Below, in pieces: positions 1-7,706 of a stretch of 64,000 nucleotides of DNA. Each line of letters begins with the position of its first letter. Position 1 is the stretch's first letter. Source of the stretch: a virus; the IMG/VR virus record IMGVR_UViG_3300017681_000001, positions 1 through 64,000 of that record. One strand, given 5' to 3'. Under the pieces are notes generated by a model. That model ran no database searches. It worked only from the letters and a program-made list of their open reading frames with translations, and had not been told where the DNA came from. Both the position numbers and the translations under genes were made by a program.

Positions 1-233
1 GAGAAGCCGCACCGCATCTGGACGCGGGACGGAATCTTGAAGGCGTGGTCCGAGATCGCTGCGCCGGTCTCGACCGGGTGGTCGGTGATGGCGAGGTCGT
101 CGGTATGCACCTCGTCGATCACCACATCGGGGATGATCGTCGAGATGGACCGGAGGGGCGACGAGATTAGCGCGTAGGGCGCGAGGGCGTCGCCGATCAG
201 GCCGGCGGCGGCCCCGAGAAGTCCGGCTGCCAT
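1..233 (-). CDS. Distal tail / baseplate-hub-like protein, N-terminal part (runs off the window)
   Basis: ATG at 233 (cat 231-233) opens a minus frame reading MAAGLLGAAAGLIGDALAPYALISSPLRSISTIIPDVVIDEVHTDDLAITDHPVETGAAISDHAFKIPSRVQMRCGF to position 1. It is absent from the ORF track because it is truncated. The call rests on position after the tape measure and the ITDHPVE.G..ISDH pattern. Confidence 0.45.
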   Translation of the reverse strand, partial: MAAGLLGAAAGLIGDALAPYALISSPLRSISTIIPDVVIDEVHTDDLAITDHPVETGAAISDHAFKIPSRVQMRCGF

Positions 234-1090
234 GGTTCGTTTCTCCACGCACTCCACAGCATGCGGAGGAGGCGTTTTTCCACGTAGCGCTGTGCCCGGT
301 TGTGGGCGTGCAGCTTCGTCTCAACGCGTTCGGCCTCGTAGATTTTGCGCGCGTCGTAGGCCGCCTTGAGCGGCCCACCGGCTTTCACGATGCAAGCCCC
401 AATGTTCCAGACGACCGAACGGCGAGCCGGGCTGTAGCCGTGGTCCAGGGCCGCCATGCCACCGATCTTCCGCTGTCGACCGTCGGGCATGACGGCGAGG
501 CCCATCCGCTTCCACAACTTCGCCGGGTTGGCATAGCTGCCGAGGTCACCTGCCTCGCCCACGATGGCCGCGAGGCTGAGAAGCCCCACGCCGCGCATGC
601 CTTCGACCCAGGATGCGACGGGCAGCGCCTTCGCCAGTTTGATCAGGCGCTTCTCGACTGCCTTGCGGTGGGTCTCAATTGCCTTGCGCGCCTCGTCGAG
701 AGGGAAGATCGCGGCCAGCGCGATCTCTGCCATCTCGTGCGCCCCTTTGCCGAGCGCGGCCTTGTACATCCGGTCCGCCTCTTTCTTGTCGCCGCCTTCA
801 GCGAGGCGCCGGCATAGCGCCTTTGCCTGCAGGGTCAGAGACTTCTCTGCGCGGTGCCATGCCTGCCGGCGGCGCCACTGCTCACGGATTTCGGCAATGG
901 TGTCGGCGAGATCGACGCGCCTTGTATGGGGGACGCTGCCTCGATGGTCGATCTCGCCTTCGGCATTGCTGCCGATCTCTGAAAGGGGTGCGGCGGGCGG
1001 CGCCGATAGACTGGGTTCCACAACATGCTTGGCCGCCCGGCCGCGCCGGGACACACCCGGCATCTCGGGATTCTCAGCTCTCAAGGCCAC
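197..1090 (-). CDS. IS110-family transposase C-terminal (Transposase_20/HhH-like) domain-only protein
   Basis: 297-aa ORF. The segment MRGVGLLSLAAIVGEAGDLGSYANPAKLWKRMGLAVMPDGRQRK...GYSPARRSVVW matches the ipGiG..tA..l.aeigd...F.s...l..y.GL.P pattern of IS110/IS116/IS902 C-termini. The N-terminal half is coiled-coil-like, with no DEDD/RuvC-like motif. Its start overlaps the upstream gene by 17 nt. Confidence 0.55.
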   Translation of the reverse strand: MALRAENPEMPGVSRRGRAAKHVVEPSLSAPPAAPLSEIGSNAEGEIDHRGSVPHTRRVDLADTIAEIREQWRRRQAWHRAEKSLTLQAKALCRRLAEGGDKKEADRMYKAALGKGAHEMAEIALAAIFPLDEARKAIETHRKAVEKRLIKLAKALPVASWVEGMRGVGLLSLAAIVGEAGDLGSYANPAKLWKRMGLAVMPDGRQRKIGGMAALDHGYSPARRSVVWNIGACIVKAGGPLKAAYDARKIYEAERVETKLHAHNRAQRYVEKRLLRMLWSAWRNEPWQPDFSGPPPA

Positions 1091-1598
1091 GAGCTGCCTC
1101 CTGCAGCTCGCGCAGGCGCCTGTCGGACAGGACGTCCGCCGCAGTCTTGTTGCCCGGCACTGACTGAGCGACGAGGCGCAACCAGCGCGCCTTCACGCCC
1201 ATATCCTTGCTCTGGGTCTCGTAGAACGTCGCGGCCTCGCCGATCTCCTCGCGGGTCGCCTCGCCCAGCTTCTTGCCGCCTGGGAGCGGGAACATCAGGA
1301 GCGTGCCGGTCGCGAGCTGGACGACACGATGGGCGCCCGTCACGCGGCTCGCTACCAGCTTTTCGGCCGGGGGCGACCACACCTTACGGCGCTCAACGCG
1401 GCACTGCATCGTCACAGCGGTGTAGCAGGCATTGGCGAGAAGCGGATCGGTGAGGTCATCGCGCAGGCGGCGATCCTGTCGGACCTTCGCCTCCATTGCG
1501 CGGGTCGCCTCGCGGACATCGCCTCCTGCGGCGTCCAGGGCCGCACGGGCGGCTTCGGCTACGAGATCACGGTCCTTGGGCTTTGCGCTTGCTGCCAT
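1074..1598 (-). CDS. Hypothetical protein, co-operonic with the IS110-C-like gene
   Basis: ORF 1074-1643. The ATG at 1598 is preceded by GGAGG (minus strand gtggaggccattATG). The stop overlaps the next gene's start. No recognisable motif. Confidence 0.55.
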   Translation of the reverse strand: MAASAKPKDRDLVAEAARAALDAAGGDVREATRAMEAKVRQDRRLRDDLTDPLLANACYTAVTMQCRVERRKVWSPPAEKLVASRVTGAHRVVQLATGTLLMFPLPGGKKLGEATREEIGEAATFYETQSKDMGVKARWLRLVAQSVPGNKTAADVLSDRRLRELQEAARGLES

Positions 1599-1895
1599 AA
1601 TGGCCTCCACGGCGCCGGCCCGCCAGGGCCTGAAGCGCGTCACAGGTGGTCGAGGTGCGACCGCCGGCGCCGTGAAGCACGGAAACTCGGGATCGCGCTT
1701 GAGCCGCCCTGGCGGGGCGGATTGGTGTGCGGACGACGACAGGTCAGGTGTGGGGAACGGCGTTCCAGTGGTCGTCGCCCGCTCCCGGCCCCGAGGCGGG
1801 CCCGGATCTCTGAATGTCTACAAACTGAACGATTCACCCTTCCCAAATCCTAAGATCACAGGATCAAGGGACAAATGGCCCGATACTCCGCGGTG

Positions 1896-2354
1896 TCAGA
1901 CCGGCCCGACGTTGGGGCGCCCACTACCGACGGCCATCACCGCAGCAATGACCGCCTCGCGCAGTCGAGGCCGATCCTCGAGGCGGGCGGTGATCCGATC
2001 CCGCTCCGCGAAGTCCTCACGCGAGCCCGTCACGGGCTGACCGCGCCACAAGGCTCCATCCGATCCGACCGTGAACCAGATACCCACCGCCATCGCGTCC
2101 CGCAGGTACTCCTCGGCAACGAAGCGGAGATCGGGACCGTTCGCGCGGGCGGCCGGGACCCCGACGACATCACCGGCTAGAGCCGCGTAGGCCGTCGCCG
2201 CTATGCCGACGCTCGGGATGGCAGCAAGAGCGGAGAGAACCGCCCGGCGGGTCTGTGTCTCGTGATTTTCGTCCGACGAAAATTCGTTCGAAACGATCGC
2301 GCGTTTGCAATCGCGCAAATCGCTCGCAAATTTGGTAGAACCAAAAGCAGCCAT
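1896..2354 (-). CDS. Hypothetical protein with a twin-arginine-like signal (QTRRAVLSALAAIPSVGIAATAYA)
   Basis: ORF 1896-2369. The ATG at 2354 has GGAGG 8 nt upstream. An RR motif is followed by a hydrophobic h-region and AxA. Confidence 0.5.
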   Translation of the reverse strand: MAAFGSTKFASDLRDCKRAIVSNEFSSDENHETQTRRAVLSALAAIPSVGIAATAYAALAGDVVGVPAARANGPDLRFVAEEYLRDAMAVGIWFTVGSDGALWRGQPVTGSREDFAERDRITARLEDRPRLREAVIAAVMAVGSGRPNVGPV

Positions 2355-2388
2355 TCCGCGCACCTCCATGCGTTGGCTTGGTCAGGGT

Positions 2389-2437
2389 CCGCAGGGAAAT
2401 CTCACCTTCCCTGCGGCCCGTATTGTTGTTATACGGG
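2389..2437. promoter_or_regulatory. Two adjacent perfect hairpins / inverted repeats in a divergent intergenic region
   Basis: CCGCAGGGAA(2389-2398)-8 nt-TTCCCTGCGG(2407-2416), then CCCGTAT(2417-2423)-7 nt-ATACGGG(2431-2437), ending 5 nt before the RHH gene ATG. Confidence 0.5.
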
Positions 2438-2441
2438 TAGC

Positions 2442-2678
2442 ATGTTTATCATGTCAACGGCTGTAGAACAGAAAAGCAAGGGGCGTCCGCCCGGCAGCGC
2501 GTTCGCGGCCCCCTTCCCTATGCGGTTCACTGCCGAGCAGATGGCGGCCATCGACGCTTGGCGGCGGACCCAGGATGACCCGCCCTCGCGGACGGAAGCG
2601 GTACGCTTCATCCTGTCCGACTGGCTCACAGGCCAGGGCCTCTTGCCTAACCGTGACGATCCTGAGGGGGCAAACTGA
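2442..2678 (+). CDS. Ribbon-helix-helix (CopG/Arc-like) DNA-binding protein
   Basis: Internal ATG of ORF 2262-2678. Reads MFIMSTAVEQKSKGRPPGSAFAAPFPMRFTAEQMAAIDAWRR...SRTEAVRFILSDWL, a typical beta-strand plus two-helix RHH layout. Confidence 0.6.
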   Translation: MFIMSTAVEQKSKGRPPGSAFAAPFPMRFTAEQMAAIDAWRRTQDDPPSRTEAVRFILSDWLTGQGLLPNRDDPEGAN

Positions 2679-2962
2679 TGAGGCAAGTTTGGCACATTGT
2701 CGCGTCCGCATTACCTTCCTCAGTGAAGCGATTCGCCGCCCCGTTGAGTCGACCCCAGGGGACTCTACCGATGACCGATCAGAAAAAGGTCTCTCGGCCG
2801 GGCGCTCCCGAACCCGAGCGTCCTCTCATCACGCCCGAAGAGCTTTCCGAAGCACTGAGAAACAACCTTGAGCGAGCAGATGACATCAGGCGCGACGCAG
2901 GCGAACGAAGAAGCCGACTTCGAGGAGCTCTCCGGGGCCCCAAAAGAAAATTCAGTCTATGA
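2678..2962 (+). CDS. Possible small basic protein (doubtful)
   Basis: TGATG overlap with the RHH stop suggests translational coupling. However, its last 95 nt overlap the 335-aa gene, whose frame has the higher GC3 there (my count about 68% versus about 43%). Confidence 0.2.
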   Translation: MRQVWHIVASALPSSVKRFAAPLSRPQGTLPMTDQKKVSRPGAPEPERPLITPEELSEALRNNLERADDIRRDAGERRSRLRGALRGPKRKFSL

Positions 2963-3875
2963 CTTTCTATATCAAGATGTGCGGCGTGTTGGGTCTTTTC
3001 TTGCTCAATTCGAGGAGTACGGAGTACGGCAGGCGGTAAAGGCAACAGAAAGTGTTGGCCAGACCTCAACCCTTAAGGGAGCGGCGATGGGTACGCTTGG
3101 TCTTCCTACCGTAATGGGTGGGTCGGCTTCGGTGGACTCAACCGTTGCCGATGAAACAAAGGACCTCGCTGAACATACGTTCGATCCGCTTTGGGCCAAC
3201 GCCCGCCGCCTGCTGGACTATATTGAGTCCGGAGATCATCTTGAGACAGATCTTTGGGAGGCAACGATTGGGAGTTTCGTTGAAATAAAAGGCTCTATAT
3301 CTATTGTGGATTTGCACTATGTGCAGAGTATTCTGAAGAACGCAAATCTGAGGCGCACTTTCGTCGAACAGTTTGCGAAATCAAAGGGGCTCGGAAAAAA
3401 TTCTCAAAGCTTAAAAGATTTCAACAATAACTTCGATCTTATAACGAGCCTTCCCCACGGAATACAGCTAACGGTTTACGACCATTCAGATGACGAGAGT
3501 CTTGTCCAGGCGTGGTCTACAATTTCCCATGAATCTCTAACGGCAACTGCGGCGGACCTTATGCTGAAGCATGGTGTCGTGCTTCGCGGTCACAGCTGGA
3601 GGGTAATAGGTATTCTTGATGCTCTACCCGATTTTCGAATTCCTTCGGCAGAAGATCCGGAACCGAAAACGCTTGATGAAATCGCAGTCGACATGATACC
3701 TAACGACTTCGTAAAAATAGCAGCAAATCTTGCCGCCGTGGCCCGTGATTTGATTGGCAGGCCGCGCACAATGTTTGGCGTCACCCCGATACTTATCTTC
3801 CGCGAGGTAAAGAAGGGGAATCGTTCCCCTGCAGGCGCTGCAGATGCGGACCTTTCTACTCAGCAGCCCGGCTGA
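2868..3875 (+). CDS. Low-GC orphan 335-aa cytoplasmic protein, function unknown (moron / candidate defence effector)
   Basis: ORF with TTG at 2868 or ATG at 2880. GC falls to about 40-45% in lines 3241-3360 versus about 70% in flanks. N-terminus reads VYDFLYQDVRRVGSFLAQFEEYG, followed by a Gly/Ser/Thr-rich segment. No catalytic motif recognised. Confidence 0.75.
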   Translation: MSEQMTSGATQANEEADFEELSGAPKENSVYDFLYQDVRRVGSFLAQFEEYGVRQAVKATESVGQTSTLKGAAMGTLGLPTVMGGSASVDSTVADETKDLAEHTFDPLWANARRLLDYIESGDHLETDLWEATIGSFVEIKGSISIVDLHYVQSILKNANLRRTFVEQFAKSKGLGKNSQSLKDFNNNFDLITSLPHGIQLTVYDHSDDESLVQAWSTISHESLTATAADLMLKHGVVLRGHSWRVIGILDALPDFRIPSAEDPEPKTLDEIAVDMIPNDFVKIAANLAAVARDLIGRPRTMFGVTPILIFREVKKGNRSPAGAADADLSTQQPG

Positions 3876-3908
3876 CTTCTAATGCACGCTAAGTCGCCCC
3901 GCCTCGAC

Positions 3909-3926
3909 AGCCGCCACCCGGCGGCT
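3909..3926 (+). terminator. Weak hairpin after the 335-aa gene
   Basis: AGCCGCC-ACCC-GGCGGCT followed by ATCTT. The stem is 7 bp and the T-tract is poor. Confidence 0.3.
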
Positions 3927-3973
3927 ATCTTGGTGGGATGCGTTAAAGAAACGCGCCGACCACCGAGGCTTCG

Positions 3974-4252
3974 TTGGCAAAGCTGATACTTGGGTTCTTC
4001 GGCGGATTGAGCATCCTGACCGGGATCATCATCATTGTGAACGCGGTGGTCACGGGCCCTGCGGAGATGGCTGCGGTGGCCTTTTATGCCGGGTGCGCAC
4101 TGCTGCTCGCGGGCGCACCTCTCCTTGGTTTCGCGCGAGTGATCGTACTTCTTGAGCGGATAGAGCGAAATACGGCGCCGACACTCGCCAAGCCCGCGCC
4201 GCAAACGCTTGAGCAAATGTTGGTTGCCGCCCGCAGCGAGCCGATTCGGTAA
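3974..4252 (+). CDS. Small two-TM membrane protein
   Basis: TTG start with GAGG 6 nt upstream. Two hydrophobic helices are present (LILGFFGGLSILTGIIIIVNAVV and AAVAFYAGCALLLAGAPLLGFARVIVLL). Confidence 0.6.
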   Translation: MAKLILGFFGGLSILTGIIIIVNAVVTGPAEMAAVAFYAGCALLLAGAPLLGFARVIVLLERIERNTAPTLAKPAPQTLEQMLVAARSEPIR

Positions 4253-4294
4253 AGTCGTCTCGACAGACGCGCGGGCTCGCCTATCTTGCGATCC

Positions 4295-4645
4295 ATGCGC
4301 GCTGTCATTCTTGCCGTTGCCCTCACCGTTCCGACGGTCCTACACGCTGGCGACAGCGATCAGGATAGCCCGAGCGCGGGATGGTGGATCATCGCAGGCT
4401 CGTTCGCCAACGACGGGGCGGCGCGAAATGATGCTCTGATCCGCCGAAACTCCGAGGCGGCAAGGCGGTGCGGCCTCACGACCTTCAACGACTTCTCGTT
4501 CAAGTTCCGCGGCCTCAAGCCGGGGTACGACGTCGTCGTGATCGGCCCCTACCCCGAAAGGTCGTCGGCTCGCCGCTACTTGGCCCGCGTCAAGCCGTGC
4601 GTCCCAGGTGCCTACCTCAAAGAGGCAGAGCACCTAGGGGAGTGA
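4295..4645 (+). CDS. Secreted SPOR-like (peptidoglycan-binding-like) protein
   Basis: MRAVILAVALTVPTVLHA|GD is a signal peptide. The mature part, WWIIAGSF....AARNDA....GYDVVVIGPY.ERSSARRYLARVK, fits the SPOR beta-alpha-beta pattern. Its stop abuts the tape-measure stop (tga/tca at 4643-4648). Confidence 0.55.
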   Translation: MRAVILAVALTVPTVLHAGDSDQDSPSAGWWIIAGSFANDGAARNDALIRRNSEAARRCGLTTFNDFSFKFRGLKPGYDVVVIGPYPERSSARRYLARVKPCVPGAYLKEAEHLGE

Positions 4646-7540
4646 TCAGGCCACATTGCCCTGTAGGTTTCGAAGCAGGTCGGCATGGACGCGGGTCTGC
4701 GTCTTGCCCACCTCGGCGCCCACGGCCTTCGGATCCGACGCTCCGCTGATGTGGTAGGTGTTCGACTGCGGGGCCGTAATGGTCGTGCTCCGGTTCGCAT
4801 TCGTGACGGACTGAGACCCCAGCGGCGCGCTTTCCGGCATGACGACCTTCGGTGCGTTCTGGAGGGCCTTGCCAAGGCCGTTGTCGAACCGCTGTAGCGC
4901 CCCCTCGATTTTCGGGATGGCCTCACGGTGCTTCTCAATGGCCTCCAGGGACTTCGCGTTGAGGCCGAAGGGCATTGGGGCCGGCTTGTTCTCTGGGGTT
5001 GGATCCGGACCCGCCTTGTTCTTCCAGGGCTGCGCACCAGCCCATTCGAAGTGCATCGGATCGCGGGATCGTTCGCTCCAGTCGCCGCCCCAGCTGAGCC
5101 CCCATTTGGCCGCCATCTCCGACACGTTCTTCGGCATGTCGGTGATTGAGGTCTTGTAGGGATTCTTACTCGGGTTGATGTCGATGGCGTTGCCGTAGGC
5201 GTGCTGCGAGATGCGGCCGGACCCGTTGGCCTGCCCGCGGTTCGCGTAGCCGCCAAGCGAGTCGATATTGTAGCCGGATGCCTCGAGATCCTTGAGGAAG
5301 CCGGCGAAGGACTCCGCTGCCTCTTTATGAACCGTCGCTTTCTTGCCGGACGGCGTGGTGACGGTCGTCAGGTTCTCCCCGGGCGCCCCGTATTGCCCGT
5401 TCATGAGGTTGGCGAACCCCTTCGGACTGCCGGGCACTCGGCCCGAGGTAGTCGAGCCCTCCTGCCAGCCTTCGTGCCGCTTCATCACGTCCAGCATCGC
5501 GTTGCGCTGCTGAGGCGTCAGATCGCCGAGCGGCGTGTCGCCGGTGATGCCTGCGGCCTTCGCGATGGCGCCGATGTAGCCCTGCGTGTCGTTCTCGCTT
5601 GATGGCGCGTACTGCTGCATAGCCTGCGCCAGGGTCTTGCCCTTGTAGCGCGGGTCATCGAACAGCAGTCCCTCCTGCGCCTTCCGGCCGGTCGCTTCGT
5701 CGGGGAAGACGGCGAAGCCCTTGTCGTCGGCGTGGGTCGCGCCCATCGCCTTCGTGGCGTCGGAGAATTTCAGGTTGCCGGGGTTGTTGTTGCGCCAGGA
5801 GCGCGATCCGCCGGAGCGAGTGCCGCCCGACCCGTCAATGGTGCGGCTCCCATTCGGTGCATCCTTCCCGCCCAGCCACTTCGGCGCATACTTCTGCCAG
5901 AGGTTGCGGCTGTCCTTCCCGTCGGCCGCCCGGCCACCACCGGACTGCCCATAAACCCGATCCCCGAGGCCGGGATCCAGCGTCCGCAACGCACGCTCGC
6001 CGATCCCCTGCCCCGCCTCGCCGGTCCCGAGGATGCCGTTCGCGTTGGCGACGCTGGCCAAACCCGCGACGCCGAGAAGTCCCAGCAGCCACGGCGGCAG
6101 GCGCAGCGCCCCGAACCCCGTGAGCAAGGTCATGATCTTGGCCAGCGGCGCCAGGACGTTGAGCGCCAGCACGGTCCCGAGCCCGATGAATGCGACCGTC
6201 AGCCCGTCCTGGCCCGTCAGCTTCTTCGCGACGGCGTCGAAGCCCTCCCAGATGTCCCGGAACGCCTTCAGGGCGGACGTGATGGCCGGTTCCCACTTCG
6301 CCCAGTCAATGAGCGTGTCGGTGCCGCCCTCCTTCCACTTCCGGAAGTCGTCGTAGAGCGCGAGGATGCCGGTGCCGAGCGCCAGGATAACGCCGAGCGG
6401 CCCAGCGCGCAGCAGCATGAGCGCCGCGCCCATGGCGCCGAGCTGGACGATGAAGCCCTTCGTCGCCGGGTCGAGCCGATCGAACGCGCCGAACAGGTCG
6501 GCCACGCGCCCGACGAGCCGCAGGATGGTCTCACCGATCCGGATGACGCCGTCGGCGATGCGATCGGAGTTCTTCAGGAGCCAGTCGGTGAACTTCGTGA
6601 CGCTGCCGCCGAACCGCTCGACCAGGGCGCCCTCGATGCGGGCGCCGATGATCTCCAGGCCGGTCTGCATCCGGCGCCAGACGTTCATGAACGCGGCGCT
6701 GTCCTTGGCGGCCCTCTCCGGGTTCAGCCGGGCTTTGTCGAGCATGTCGCGGTACTCGGCGACGTGCTTGGTGAACTCCCCGCTCTTGAGGGCGGTCAGG
6801 GTGCGCTCGTCAATGCCGAGGGCGTCGGCGTAGGCCTTCGCTTGGAAGCCGGGCATCTTGGCGAGGACGGAGCCGAGATCCTGCACCACGTCAACCGTGT
6901 CGCGGATCTTGCCGTTGGCCTCCGTGGCGACGCCGAGCCCGTTGAGCATCGAGGCGTAGCCGGGCGAGGACCGCATGTTCTTCGCCAGCGCCTCGAGGCT
7001 GGCATTCGCCTCTCCGGCCGACGAGCCCATCTGGCCCGCCGCGTACCCGAAAGCGCGCAGGTTCGCCGCCGACGACTTCGTCCGCTGGCTGGAGTAGTAG
7101 ACCTGCTCCATGTTGCCGGCGATCTGGACGAGCGCCGTACCGATGCGGGTGGCCGCGTAGGCAGCGGCCGCGGCCATCGCCAGGGTCGCGGTCACGAAGG
7201 CCGTGCTGCGCCCATGGCTGGCCGTGGCAGCGTCCTTGTCGGCGCGCTCGCGGTCCTTGCTCCGGGCGATGGTCTCCTGGGTGTGCTTGGCGTCGGTCTC
7301 GGCGACGCGCTTGGTCTCGGCGATAAGCTGCGCCGCGCCGCGCGTGCGGACACCGGCCTCGCGCCCCGCCTGGAGGATACGGCGAGCGGATCCGACCCCC
7401 TGGGCGTCCGTGACCCGCTTGTCGGAGCCGACGATAGCCCTCTCGACGCGCGCGGCCGATGAGACGGCCTTGGCCTCGGACCCACCGTCGACCCGGTAGC
7501 CGACGGAGACGAGGAATTCGCGCAGCACGTCACCGGCCAT
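4646..7540 (-). CDS. Tail tape measure protein with C-terminal peptidase M15 (VanY-like) cell-wall hydrolase domain
   Basis: 964 aa. It has a central hydrophobic/Gly-rich region and an NNPGNLKF...YAPSSENDTQGY motif. The C-terminal SQHAYGNAIDINP...DPMHFEW matches the SxHxxGxAxD...DxxHFE zinc-peptidase signature. It follows the sheath, tube and chaperone genes. Confidence 0.85.
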   Translation of the reverse strand: MAGDVLREFLVSVGYRVDGGSEAKAVSSAARVERAIVGSDKRVTDAQGVGSARRILQAGREAGVRTRGAAQLIAETKRVAETDAKHTQETIARSKDRERADKDAATASHGRSTAFVTATLAMAAAAAYAATRIGTALVQIAGNMEQVYYSSQRTKSSAANLRAFGYAAGQMGSSAGEANASLEALAKNMRSSPGYASMLNGLGVATEANGKIRDTVDVVQDLGSVLAKMPGFQAKAYADALGIDERTLTALKSGEFTKHVAEYRDMLDKARLNPERAAKDSAAFMNVWRRMQTGLEIIGARIEGALVERFGGSVTKFTDWLLKNSDRIADGVIRIGETILRLVGRVADLFGAFDRLDPATKGFIVQLGAMGAALMLLRAGPLGVILALGTGILALYDDFRKWKEGGTDTLIDWAKWEPAITSALKAFRDIWEGFDAVAKKLTGQDGLTVAFIGLGTVLALNVLAPLAKIMTLLTGFGALRLPPWLLGLLGVAGLASVANANGILGTGEAGQGIGERALRTLDPGLGDRVYGQSGGGRAADGKDSRNLWQKYAPKWLGGKDAPNGSRTIDGSGGTRSGGSRSWRNNNPGNLKFSDATKAMGATHADDKGFAVFPDEATGRKAQEGLLFDDPRYKGKTLAQAMQQYAPSSENDTQGYIGAIAKAAGITGDTPLGDLTPQQRNAMLDVMKRHEGWQEGSTTSGRVPGSPKGFANLMNGQYGAPGENLTTVTTPSGKKATVHKEAAESFAGFLKDLEASGYNIDSLGGYANRGQANGSGRISQHAYGNAIDINPSKNPYKTSITDMPKNVSEMAAKWGLSWGGDWSERSRDPMHFEWAGAQPWKNKAGPDPTPENKPAPMPFGLNAKSLEAIEKHREAIPKIEGALQRFDNGLGKALQNAPKVVMPESAPLGSQSVTNANRSTTITAPQSNTYHISGASDPKAVGAEVGKTQTRVHADLLRNLQGNVA

Positions 7541-7698
7541 CAGCGAGCCTTTGCCTTCTCGGCCTCATGGGCGCGCCACTCGTTCTCGGCCTTCACGTCG
7601 AGCGCATCGTTCATCAGCGCCACGTCGGTGAGGGTGTAGGTGCCGTCCTGCAGTTCCTTGAGGGTGCAGAGCGGCGGGACGGACGTCACCGGCCGCAT
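7540..7698 (-). CDS. Small tail-assembly ORF, likely the downstream part of a -1 frameshifted chaperone
   Basis: ATG at 7698. The same frame stays open upstream to 7932, overlapping the 3' end of 7707-8174 in the -1 frame. The ATGA overlap joins it to the tape-measure start. Confidence 0.45.
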   Translation of the reverse strand: MRPVTSVPPLCTLKELQDGTYTLTDVALMNDALDVKAENEWRAHEAEKAKAR

Positions 7699-7706
7699 GA
7701 GCCAGT

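Noticed and set aside
197-1090. An active IS110-family insertion sequence
   Set aside because: There is no DEDD/RuvC-like N-terminal domain. The conserved serine position is not conserved. No terminal repeats or target duplications are recognisable. The gene is coupled to a non-IS partner gene.
5732-7462. 576-aa plus-strand ORF opposite the tape measure gene. Similar long antisense ORFs occur at 8698-10398, 12637-13689, 14063-14728, 18796-19467, 24646-25338, 36765-37688, 44871-46238, 53041-54225 and 61599-62609.
   Set aside because: The translations are Arg/Gly/Ala/Pro-rich and low in complexity, typical of stop-poor antisense frames in about 70% GC DNA. The opposite strand carries genes with clear motifs and operon logic.
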